A stretch of DNA of 64,000 nt from Gammaproteobacteria bacterium (GTDB lineage Bacteria > Pseudomonadota > Gammaproteobacteria > Pseudomonadales > IMCC2047): the NCBI GenBank assembly GCA_021773395.1, contig JAJFKB010000003.1, positions 139,574 through 203,573 of the forward strand. Direction: 5' to 3'. Shown here one piece after another: positions 26,501 through 34,275 of the stretch; within the stretch, counting starts at the first letter, position 1; every line of letters starts with the position of its first letter. The notes below the pieces were generated by a model. The model was given only the letters and a program-made list of their open reading frames with translations, was not told where the DNA came from and made no database searches. The translations under genes and the position numbers were made by a program.

Positions 26501-26591
26501 CAATTGACATGTCTGTAAGGCAGTTCTCTATGTCCATACGGCCTAATTTGCTAGTTGGGCTAATTTTACAGAGTGAAATAATTGAGAGCAC
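23514..26591 (-). CDS. Multidomain c-di-GMP turnover protein (PAS-PAS-GAF-PAS-GGDEF-EAL)
   Basis: Contains GGDEF (RLGGDEFGII) and EAL-domain motifs (FEVLVRM, DDFGSGLSSFNYL, AEFVE..QGY). A GAF-like block and PAS-like blocks lie upstream. The start is uncertain: GTG 26591, ATG 26537 or ATG 26510. Confidence 0.85.
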   Translation of the reverse strand: MLSIISLCKISPTSKLGRMDIENCLTDMSIENIALYQHVFDLLTDPILVIDRQFRYLIANQAYLDVVNLPREKVVGACISQVEGEDAFRLIKPRVQESLKGAELNFPSQVYSARPVDALLHINLTPLKNDVGQINHVLVVMRQSDSFFDEDRGGKYDQYQLSRSLASSPNPIIMTSLIEGKVLQLNKAGQRLLGYSAEELIGKTLLDYMVDTSYRENLVDKLKQEKHFKIPDLPMRHKNGKTVHIEVVLNLTSFNGTAAILGFCRDRTDELAALKATQDKTATLRLLRKVAVAANEANNLEMAIKMCLEEICKYSDWPIGHALLPNQKTGLLESSDLWHFNNEQEYQHLKSWCAGVQFGPGDGIPGKVLSTKKPVFLPDASLDDGFPRSSIKEGTGIQSAFAFPVIVDDQVLVVMEFVSPEKQEVSKNLSDILKPVAIQLGRVIERQRAQLSLQESNAHYQRLVNDINAIVWESNIEGNEVYFVSASVSKILGYNPEQFYQSGFWANLIHPDDQFGALREAEGKSKTLENYEIEYRMLHADGSTVWIHDTVHIKNDSDPANVRKYGVMLDITEKKNLSAELEYQAAHDSLTGLYNRDAFDRRLRILLSTDQPNQQHALCYLDLDQFKVINDACGHLAGDTLLHQLGAILSTKIRRSDMLARLGGDEFGIIMENCSLERAGKIAEDLRRVIQDFRFVWEQQRYNVGVSIGLIPIDEYSGTVNEIMSAADMACYAAKDAGRNRIRTYHPNDLELTQRRREMDWVSKINMALEQDRLHIYIQPIQDLQKEQKNSHFEVLVRMISETGEIIPPGAFLPAAERYTLSTQIDQWVINKSLSWLGNHQQQLAKISMISINLSGLSLGSGTFLKFLLETLRKSTVPCEKICFEVTETAAISNLSKAIDFITQVKAAGCLFALDDFGSGLSSFNYLKNLPVDFLKIDGAFVRDITSDPIDYEMVRSINEIGHVMGKLTIAEFVEDEQTLNALRRLGVDYAQGYFIGKPIPLYKKRAVVPLTDSEPNVRNAKLAV

Positions 26592-26878
26592 CGCCGGTCG
26601 TCCAGCAGCGACCGTGAAATAGTCGCGTTGCGTCTATCTAAAGTTCCCCTCAAGAGTATAAATTAAGAATAGACGCTAATATGGAAATAGCAATATTGTT
26701 AATGGCATGCGGACGCTGATCTGACGGGTAGTTTTCTGAGTATATGAAAACAAAATTGTTATGTGAATATTTCCAATAATTCTATGATTTATCAGGCAAT
26801 TAGTTGCACTTAACCATAAAAAATGTAGTATGGGCGCGCCTTAAAAAGTAAACGTCGTGGAGTCAAAAGAGCTGAATC

Positions 26879-27493
26879 ATGAGTGAACCAAAAAGTAAAA
26901 ATATTGTTTGGAGTGAAAGCAAGGTCGAAGCAGGACAGCGGGAGCAGCTGCAGGGAAACAAACCGGCGACCTTATGGTTTACCGGATTATCAGGTTCCGG
27001 CAAATCTACTCTGGCAGTCGCTACGGAACTGGCGTTGATAGAACGGGGCATCAATGCTTTCATTTTGGATGGTGATAATGTTCGCCATGGCCTGAATAGC
27101 AACCTGGGTTTTTCGCCGGAGGATCGTACGGAAAATATTCGTCGTATCGGCGAAGTCTGCAAGCTTTTCTGTGATTCCGGAATGATCGTGTTTTCTGCCT
27201 TTATCTCTCCCTATCGTGCTGACCGCGATCTGGTCAGGGAAAAGCATCCACAAGGACAGTTTATTGAGGTGCTGATTGATGCGCCGCTAGAGGTGTGCGA
27301 AAGTCGCGACGTGAAAGGGCTTTATGAAAAGGCACGGGCTGGCGAGATTCCAGAATTTACGGGAATATCGGCGCCCTACGAAGCACCTAATAACCCGGAG
27401 ATTACAGTCAATACAGCGCAACACGGTCTTGATGAGTGTGTGAAACAGGTTATCGATTTTCTAGAGCTTAAAGGCATCATTCCCAGCGCTTGA
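26879..27493 (+). CDS. cysC: Adenylyl-sulfate (APS) kinase
   Basis: P-loop FTGLSGSGKST, the LDGDNVRHGLN motif and SAFISPYR are present in a 204 aa protein. Confidence 0.93.
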   Translation: MSEPKSKNIVWSESKVEAGQREQLQGNKPATLWFTGLSGSGKSTLAVATELALIERGINAFILDGDNVRHGLNSNLGFSPEDRTENIRRIGEVCKLFCDSGMIVFSAFISPYRADRDLVREKHPQGQFIEVLIDAPLEVCESRDVKGLYEKARAGEIPEFTGISAPYEAPNNPEITVNTAQHGLDECVKQVIDFLELKGIIPSA

Positions 27494-27540
27494 GTGAATC
27501 GATCAACGAGTGTCTGTCAGTAGGCAATGTGAGGACTTCC

Positions 27541-28518
27541 ATGAAATACCAAAAGGAACTTGAAGTTGCGATCCAGGCGGTGCGCGCTGCGGCCAATGTT
27601 TGTCGCCGGGTACAGCAAAATCTGGTGAGCGCTGATACCCTGGAGAAGCAAGATAAAAGCCCTGTGACGGTCGCCGATTTTGCTGCTCAGGCGATCGTTT
27701 GCGCCTATTTGCATCAGGCGATGCCTTTGGATCCAGTGGTCGGTGAAGAGGATTCGCTGGATCTGCAGAATCATGATCAGGCGCCGTTACGACATGCTGT
27801 CGTGACCCATGTAGCAGAAGAGATGGAAGGGGATCTGGACGAAGCCCAGGTAATGAACTGGATCGATCACGGCAATGCCGATGCCACTCATGAGCGTTTT
27901 TGGACCCTTGACCCCATTGATGGGACTAAAGGGTTTCTGCGCGGTCAGCAATATGCCATCGCCCTGGCGCTGATTGAGAAGGGTGAAGTGGTTCTCGGCG
28001 TGCTTGGCTGTCCCAATCTTAATGTGGGTGAGCAGCGGGGATGCTTGTTGACAGCGACAACCGATAGCCAGACCAGGATCTATCCGCTGGATGATGTTAA
28101 TGACCAGGGTCAGGTGATGCACATCGATCAGCTTGGCGAGGCCAGTCAGGCGCGTTTTTGTGAATCGGTGGAATCGGGGCATTCCAATCAGAGTGAAGCG
28201 GCTCAGATTGCTCAACTTTTGGGAATCGAAGCGCAGCCTTACCGCATCGACAGTCAATGCAAATATGCGGCGGTCGCGCGTAATGATGCTTCGATTTATT
28301 TACGCCTGCCTACCGATGCAGCTTACCAGGAAAAAATCTGGGATCACGCGGCCGGTAAAATTATTGTTGAAGCGGCGGGTGGTCAGGTGACGGATATGCA
28401 TGGCCAGCCTCTGGATTTCAGTCGGGGCCGATTTCTGGATGCCAACCAGGGCGTGGTCGCCACTGGTGGAGGAATACATCAACAGGTCGTCGATGCGATT
28501 AAACAGGTGCGTGGCTAG
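27541..28518 (+). CDS. cysQ: 3'(2'),5'-bisphosphate nucleotidase (PAP phosphatase), HAL2/SAL1-like
   Basis: Inositol-monophosphatase-fold motifs PVTVADF, WTLDPIDGTKGFLRG and WDHAAG are present. The start is moved to ATG 27541 (MKYQKELEVA), which is preceded by GAGGA. The track's TTG start at 27490 is less likely. Confidence 0.85.
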   Translation: MKYQKELEVAIQAVRAAANVCRRVQQNLVSADTLEKQDKSPVTVADFAAQAIVCAYLHQAMPLDPVVGEEDSLDLQNHDQAPLRHAVVTHVAEEMEGDLDEAQVMNWIDHGNADATHERFWTLDPIDGTKGFLRGQQYAIALALIEKGEVVLGVLGCPNLNVGEQRGCLLTATTDSQTRIYPLDDVNDQGQVMHIDQLGEASQARFCESVESGHSNQSEAAQIAQLLGIEAQPYRIDSQCKYAAVARNDASIYLRLPTDAAYQEKIWDHAAGKIIVEAAGGQVTDMHGQPLDFSRGRFLDANQGVVATGGGIHQQVVDAIKQVRG

Positions 28519-28566
28519 TGATGGTGACCACCAAACCGATACCAGTAAGAATTTTGGAGTTAAGAA

Positions 28567-29748
28567 ATGATTAAACCCTATGGGTCTGAAGACCTGAACC
28601 CGCTATTTGTCTATGATTCTGAAAGGCATCATGAGCTGGCTAGCGAGGCTGAAAATTTGCCTGCATTACTACTCAATTCAGCGGCAGCGGCCAATGCTGT
28701 GATGCTGGGTGCCGGCTATTTTAACCCCCATAAGGGCTATATGAATTTAGCCGATGCGATTAGCGTAGCGGAAAGTATGGCCACTACTGAGGGGCTGTTC
28801 TGGCCAGTGCCTATTGTTAATGTGACACAGGATGTACAAGCGATCTCGGGTGCCAAACGGATCGCTCTGAGGGATCCTAATGTCGAGGGTAATCCTGTTG
28901 TCGCCGTACAGGATGTGGAAGCGATTGAGGAGGTCTCCGAGGAACAGATTCTGGCAATGGCGGGAAAAATCTTTGGCACCACGGATAGTGATCATCCGGG
29001 TGTGGCAACTTTTACCGGACTGGGTCGCTTCCTGGTTTCCGGTCCTATCCAGGTACTCAATTTCAGTTATTTCCAACAGGATTTTCCGGATACGTTCCGT
29101 ACAGCTGTCGAAATTCGTAATGAAATTCAGGAGCGTGGCTGGGAAAAGGTTGTGGCCTTCCAAACCCGTAACCCGATGCACCGAGCCCATGAAGAGCTGT
29201 GTAAAATGGCTATGGAAGCGGTCAACGCGGACGGTGTATTGATTCATATGTTGCTGGGAAAACTGAAGCCGGGCGATATTCCGGCGCCGGTACGTGATGC
29301 CGCGATTCGTAAAATGGTGGAGCTTTATTTCCCTAAAAACAGCGTGATGATTACCGGTTATGGTTTCGATATGCTCTACGCTGGCCCTCGCGAAGCGGTG
29401 CTACATTCCATTTTCCGCCAAAACAGTGGTTGTGCACACTTTATTGTGGGGCGTGATCATGCCGGGGTTGGCGATTATTACGGCGCATTTGAAGCTCAGG
29501 AGATCTTTGATCAGCAGGTGCCCGAAGGTGCGCTGGGTATTGAGATTTTCAAAGCTGATCATACTGCCTATTCGAAAAAACTGAACAGGGTCGTGATGAT
29601 GCGCGATGTGCCAGATCACAGTATGGATGATTTTGTTATTCTGTCCGGCACTAAAGTACGACAGATGTTGGCGGCGGGTGAAGATCTGCCCCAGGAGTTT
29701 GCGCGCCCAGAAGTGGCAAAGATACTTATGGCACACTATCAAAGCTAA
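28567..29748 (+). CDS. sat: Sulfate adenylyltransferase, homomeric Sat type
   Basis: ATP-sulfurylase motifs QTRNPMHRAHEEL and VGRDHAGVG are present in a 393 aa protein. Confidence 0.92.
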   Translation: MIKPYGSEDLNPLFVYDSERHHELASEAENLPALLLNSAAAANAVMLGAGYFNPHKGYMNLADAISVAESMATTEGLFWPVPIVNVTQDVQAISGAKRIALRDPNVEGNPVVAVQDVEAIEEVSEEQILAMAGKIFGTTDSDHPGVATFTGLGRFLVSGPIQVLNFSYFQQDFPDTFRTAVEIRNEIQERGWEKVVAFQTRNPMHRAHEELCKMAMEAVNADGVLIHMLLGKLKPGDIPAPVRDAAIRKMVELYFPKNSVMITGYGFDMLYAGPREAVLHSIFRQNSGCAHFIVGRDHAGVGDYYGAFEAQEIFDQQVPEGALGIEIFKADHTAYSKKLNRVVMMRDVPDHSMDDFVILSGTKVRQMLAAGEDLPQEFARPEVAKILMAHYQS

Positions 29749-29899
29749 AATTGATATCCTCTGCAATCGGTGGGCACTGCAAAATCGGTGCTCATCGATT
29801 TCATAAATTGCGCCAAATCCTAAAACACTCCACTCACTATCCCTGTTATAATTTCGCACTTTATGACGATCGCCGGCACCAGGCGCAGAAATTATTCTT

Positions 29900-32083
29900 A
29901 TGGATGTTACCCCAATTCTGGACGCTCTCAACGAATCGCAGCGCAAAGCTGTTAGTCTGCCCTGCGCCGCCAGCGCTTTGGTACTTGCGGGTGCCGGGAG
30001 CGGTAAAACCCGTGTGCTGGTAAGACGTATTGCCTGGCTTATTCAAACAGAAGCGGTCTCTCCCCATAGTATCCTCGCGGTTACCTTCACCAATAAAGCG
30101 GCAAAGGAGATGCGCAATCGCATCGAAGAGTTGTTGGGTATGTCCGTGCAGGGGATGTGGGTGGGCACTTTTCATGGCCTGGCACACCGTCTGTTAAGAG
30201 CCCATTGGCAAGATGCCAAGCTACCGCAGAATTTTCAGATTCTTGATTCGGATGACCAGTTGCGGGTGGTGAAGCGAGTCATGCGAGCACTCAATATTGA
30301 TGACAGTCGCTGGCCACCCAAACAGGCGCAATGGTTTATTAATTCGCAAAAAGATGAAGGCCTGCGAGCAGCCTTTGTTCCCGAGCAGCTGGATCCTTAT
30401 AGTAAAACCATGCGTACCATTTATGCGGCCTATGAAGATACCTGTAACACTACGGGGATGGTTGATTTTGGTGAGCTATTATTGCGTGCGCACGAACTGT
30501 GGTTAAACAATCCTCGGTTGTTGAAGCATTACCAGGAGCGTTTTCAACATATTCTGGTAGATGAGTTTCAGGATACTAATACGATACAGTACGCTTGGTT
30601 GCGAGTGTTGGCCGGGGGTGGCAGCCGAACCACAGTGGTGGGTGATGATGATCAGTCCATCTACGGCTGGCGCGGTGCGAAAATTGAGAACATCCAAAAA
30701 TTCTCACAGGATTTCCCCGACACGCAAATGATACGGCTTGAGCAGAATTATCGCTCCACCAGCACTATTCTCAATGCAGCGAACCGGGTGATTGCCAATA
30801 ATCAGGGGCGGCTGGGTAAAGAGCTGTGGACAGAGGGCAACGAAGGGGAGCCTATTTCCCTGTACGCCGGATTTAACGAAATCGATGAGTCGCGCTTTAT
30901 TGTGGGTATAATCGAGGATGCCTTCAAACAGGGTCGCGCCTATAGCGATTGTGCGATTCTCTATCGCTCCAATGCGCAATCCAGGGTTTTGGAAGAATCG
31001 TTACTGCGCGCCGGTATACCCTATCGCGTGTATGGCGGGCAGCGCTTTTATGACCGACTTGAAATTCGCAACGCCCTGGCCTATTTGCGGCTAATACTTA
31101 ATCGTGACGATGATGCGGCTATCGAGCGGGTGATTAACGTGCCTACTCGTGGTATTGGTGGCAAAACCGTCGATCTGTTGCGGGCCGAAGCGCGACACGG
31201 GGGAGTATCCGTATGGCGTGCCGCACAACAGCTGATCGCCTCGAAAGCAATTACCGCCCGCGCCGCTGCAGCGTTGCAAGGATTTATCGACCTGGTTGAT
31301 CGGCTCGACAGGGATACGACGGATCTACCCATGCATGAACTGACAGATCATGTGCTGGAAAAGAGCGGCCTGCTGGAATATCATCGTCAGGAAAAGGGCG
31401 AGAAAGGTCAGGCGCGGGTAGAGAACCTGGAGGAGCTGGTCAGTGCCACCCGTGCGTTTTCCGCTGACGCCTATGATGCCGAGGGTATGACTGAGCTGGG
31501 TGTGTTTATTGCACAGGCTGCGCTGGATGCGGGAGAGGCGCAAGCTGACGAGCATGATGACTGTGTACAGATGATGACCCTGCACTCAGCCAAGGGTCTG
31601 GAGTTTCCGCTGGTATTTCTGGCGGGTATGGAGGAAGGGTTATTTCCCCATAAAATGTCGATGGAAGATCCCAGTGGACTGGAAGAGGAGCGGCGGCTTT
31701 GCTATGTCGGGATTACCCGAGCTATGCAGAAACTCTATATGACCTATGCAGAAAGCCGCCGTTTACACGGCAGTGAGACCATGAATCGCCCTTCCCGCTT
31801 TATTCGTGAAATTCCAACAGAATGCATCAATGAAATTCGCTTTAAAAGCAAAATCAGCAAACCGGTTAGTTTTAACCGGCAATCCGGAGGCAGTCCATTT
31901 GCCGGGTATCAAATTCCGGATACCGAGTTTCATCTGGGTCAGCGGGTTCAGCACAACATATTTGGTGAGGGTGTGGTGCTTAATTTTGAGGGTCAGGGTT
32001 CGCAGGCGCGAATACAGGTGAATTTTGATAAAGAAGGCAGTAAGTGGTTGGTTGTTGGCTATGCAAAACTGCAAGCAGTTTAG
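29900..32083 (+). CDS. uvrD: DNA helicase II (UvrD)
   Basis: UvrD/Rep motifs AGAGSGKTRVL, VDEFQDTN and LEQNYRS in a 727 aa protein. Confidence 0.93.
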   Translation: MDVTPILDALNESQRKAVSLPCAASALVLAGAGSGKTRVLVRRIAWLIQTEAVSPHSILAVTFTNKAAKEMRNRIEELLGMSVQGMWVGTFHGLAHRLLRAHWQDAKLPQNFQILDSDDQLRVVKRVMRALNIDDSRWPPKQAQWFINSQKDEGLRAAFVPEQLDPYSKTMRTIYAAYEDTCNTTGMVDFGELLLRAHELWLNNPRLLKHYQERFQHILVDEFQDTNTIQYAWLRVLAGGGSRTTVVGDDDQSIYGWRGAKIENIQKFSQDFPDTQMIRLEQNYRSTSTILNAANRVIANNQGRLGKELWTEGNEGEPISLYAGFNEIDESRFIVGIIEDAFKQGRAYSDCAILYRSNAQSRVLEESLLRAGIPYRVYGGQRFYDRLEIRNALAYLRLILNRDDDAAIERVINVPTRGIGGKTVDLLRAEARHGGVSVWRAAQQLIASKAITARAAAALQGFIDLVDRLDRDTTDLPMHELTDHVLEKSGLLEYHRQEKGEKGQARVENLEELVSATRAFSADAYDAEGMTELGVFIAQAALDAGEAQADEHDDCVQMMTLHSAKGLEFPLVFLAGMEEGLFPHKMSMEDPSGLEEERRLCYVGITRAMQKLYMTYAESRRLHGSETMNRPSRFIREIPTECINEIRFKSKISKPVSFNRQSGGSPFAGYQIPDTEFHLGQRVQHNIFGEGVVLNFEGQGSQARIQVNFDKEGSKWLVVGYAKLQAV

Positions 32084-32133
32084 CTCTCAAGGTTAGCTAA
32101 ACTTTTAGAAAAAACCGATTACAGAGGGAAGTT

Positions 32134-33243
32134 ATGAAAGTAACAAGATTAAGGGCTTTAATGTGGGCGCTACTCTCAACTTTGCTAGTGGCCTGTGGGG
32201 GGAATCAAGAGGCATCATCCGTTGCTAAAACAGCACAGCAGCCTCAACAGGTGATCAAATGGAAAATGGTCACCACCTGGCCGAAAAATTTTCCGGGGTT
32301 AGGTACCGGCGCGAATTACATGGCCAAAGCCATTACCGAAATGAGTGGCGGTAGACTCGAGGTCAAAGTATACGGCGCCAACGAATTAGTGGGTGCGCTG
32401 GAAGTCTTTGATGCGGTCTCACGCGGCACAGCGGAAATCGGTCATGGTGCGTCTTACTACTGGAAAGGCAAATCCGTCGCCGCGCAATTTTTTACCGCCG
32501 TGCCCTTTGGCATGAATGCGCAGGAGATGGCTGGCTGGCTCTACTATGGCGGTGGCATGGAACTATGGGAAGAGGTCTATGAACCCTTTGGATTGGTGCC
32601 GCTGGCAGCTGGAAATACCGGAACCCAGATGGGGGGCTGGTTTAATAAGGAGATTAATTCCATCGAGGATCTCAAGGGGTTGAAAATGCGCATCCCCGGT
32701 TTAGGTGGCGAAGTATTTAGCCGTGCCGGAGGCGTGTCCGTACTGGTACCGGGTGGTGAGATCTTCCCCTCTATGCAAACCGGTGCGCTGGACGCCACCG
32801 AATGGGTCGGGCCTTATAACGACCTGGCTTTCGGGTTGCACAAAGTGGCTAAATATTACTATTACCCCGGCTGGCAGGAACCTGGCCCGATCCTCGAAGC
32901 GATGGTGAACAAGCAAGCCTTTGACGCCCTGCCCGCTGATTTGCAGGCCATCGTGCGTGAAGCGGCTAAAGCTACCCATATGGATATGCTGGCCAATTAC
33001 ACAGCTGAAAATAACCGAGCGCTGAGAACCCTGGTCAATGAGCATGGCGTACAGCTGCGCAAATTCCCCGATGAAGTGATTAGTAAGTTGCGGGAAATAT
33101 CCGCGCAGGTGCTGGAAGAGGAAGCCGCAAAAGACCCGATCACCCAGAAAGTCTACGAATCGTTCAAGGCCTTTAACAGTCAGGTGGTAGAGTGGCATAG
33201 GATTTCGGAGAAAGCGTATTTGGAGGCTAGGGAGGAGGATTAG
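32134..33243 (+). CDS. TRAP transporter substrate-binding protein (DctP-type, COG4663-like), probable lipoprotein
   Basis: The signal peptide carries a lipobox (LLVAC). The body resembles TRAP solute receptors of the mannitol/chloroaromatic subfamily, judged from memory. Confidence 0.8.
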   Translation: MKVTRLRALMWALLSTLLVACGGNQEASSVAKTAQQPQQVIKWKMVTTWPKNFPGLGTGANYMAKAITEMSGGRLEVKVYGANELVGALEVFDAVSRGTAEIGHGASYYWKGKSVAAQFFTAVPFGMNAQEMAGWLYYGGGMELWEEVYEPFGLVPLAAGNTGTQMGGWFNKEINSIEDLKGLKMRIPGLGGEVFSRAGGVSVLVPGGEIFPSMQTGALDATEWVGPYNDLAFGLHKVAKYYYYPGWQEPGPILEAMVNKQAFDALPADLQAIVREAAKATHMDMLANYTAENNRALRTLVNEHGVQLRKFPDEVISKLREISAQVLEEEAAKDPITQKVYESFKAFNSQVVEWHRISEKAYLEAREED

Positions 33244-33324
33244 GTTGTTTTGTCATGGGATTGACTTCATGCTGGGTTAGGGCTTTTATCGACCCAAAGC
33301 GGTTATCGATAGGGCTCTGGTCGG

Positions 33325-33683
33325 AAATAAGGCTTGACCCCATTTGTGCTTTAAATTGGAGAGGCTATTACCGGGGTGCAACGGCTGTTTTATTTGAAGG
33401 TGTCCAGTATTCGACTTTTTGATATATGGAGATTCTTGGTTTCGCCTCTTGGCGAGTTCACTTTCTTTGAAGCGCCACAAAGAAAACGAACCAAAAGAAA
33501 TGGCGCCCCGTTTCCGTCGCCCTTCGGGTTCCCTGCGCTTCTCGCCGGTTAACGGTCGCTGCGGACTCGCGTTGCTCAAACAGTCCTCGCTCTTGTCCGT
33601 TAACCGCCTGCGATGCTCGGCGACTTCAAAGGGGTGGATTGTGTAATACCTTAATTTTTAAAGAAAATGGGACGTATTTATTT
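33325..33683. repeat. MITE/REP-like extragenic element with imperfect terminal inverted repeats and an internal 10-bp perfect inverted repeat
   Basis: The ends are AAATAAGGCTTGACCCCATTT (33325-33345) and AAATGGGACGTATTTATTT (33665-33683), in the pattern AAATAA-N-CCCATTT and its complement. An internal CGGTTAACGG (33546-33555) pairs with CCGTTAACCG (33597-33606). Both strands give low-complexity pseudo-ORFs. Confidence 0.4.
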
Positions 33684-33760
33684 TTATTGAACTTCCTTGC
33701 CGGGAACAACCCACTAGAACCCACCATTAGATTGAATGCTGACGCTGGACAGGCTCGTCC

Positions 33761-33799
33761 CTAAAATACCTGCCCCGGCAGCCAGGTCACCATATGTTG
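33761..33799 (-). pseudogene. Relic copy of the dctM 3' end (last 9 codons plus stop)
   Basis: The minus strand reads ..QHM VTWLPGQVF* while the intact dctM ends ..PQL VTWLPGQVF* at 34276-34305. Identity is 27/30 nt and an in-frame stop lies further upstream in the relic. Confidence 0.7.
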
Positions 33800-33909
33800 G
33801 ATAGATGGTTAATTCGCCATCCTGAAAGCATAGCTTTTTTGAATCTTGTCCTATCGCTTAAGATGCGGGGGCCGTTGACTCCGACCCCAACACCAAACCC
33901 TTAAGCCGC

Positions 33910-34170
33910 CTAGCGGTGACCCGGCGGAGGGGGTGGTGGATTGGTGGGTGGCCCCTTGCGACCCTTGGTACAGGCCTCGGCTCCCGGCGTTCCCTCCCAG
34001 GCATGCTGGGGCATGGCCCGACATCTATCCAATGTCATAAAAGGAGGTTGTTTAACCCAGCTGCCTTTCGGGACATTACAACAACGACGCTCGTTGGCAA
34101 CGGCCGGGCCGCCAGCGAATATAAACACCATAAGAGCAGCAGTGATACAGAATGAACTTGTTGTTTTCAT
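33910..34170 (-). CDS. Small secreted Cys-rich protein with poly-proline C-terminus (unknown function)
   Basis: The start is taken at MKTTSSF (ATG 34170), preceded by the strong SD GGAGGAGG. The signal peptide is ..FAGGPAVA|NE. The mature ~60 aa has 4 Cys (a CC pair plus two single Cys) and ends GPPTNPPPPPPGHR. The gene is visibly GC-rich relative to its flanks. Confidence 0.55.
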   Translation of the reverse strand: MKTTSSFCITAALMVFIFAGGPAVANERRCCNVPKGSWVKQPPFMTLDRCRAMPQHAWEGTPGAEACTKGRKGPPTNPPPPPPGHR

Positions 34171-34275
34171 CTTTACCTCCTCCTTTACATGCGGTGTGGG
34201 TGACAAATGGTATTGTCAGTGGACAATCCATGAGCAAGAAGTATAGGTGGGTATAGGAAGAATTAACACCCCTGC

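Noticed and set aside
29843-29858. Possible LexA box overlapping the uvrD promoter (CTGTTATAATTTCGCA).
   Set aside because: Only the CTGT half matches, and the distal half (CGCA) has none of the ACAG positions. The sequence is better read as an extended -10 (TGTTATAAT, 29844-29852).
33286-33646. ORFs 33286..33579 (-) and 33419..33646 (+) with strings such as RFRRPSGSLRFSPVNGRCGLALLKQSSLLSVNRLRCSA.
   Set aside because: They overlap each other on opposite strands inside the palindromic repeat element. This kind of sequence is a known source of spurious hypothetical proteins, so it is treated as a repeat and not as coding.
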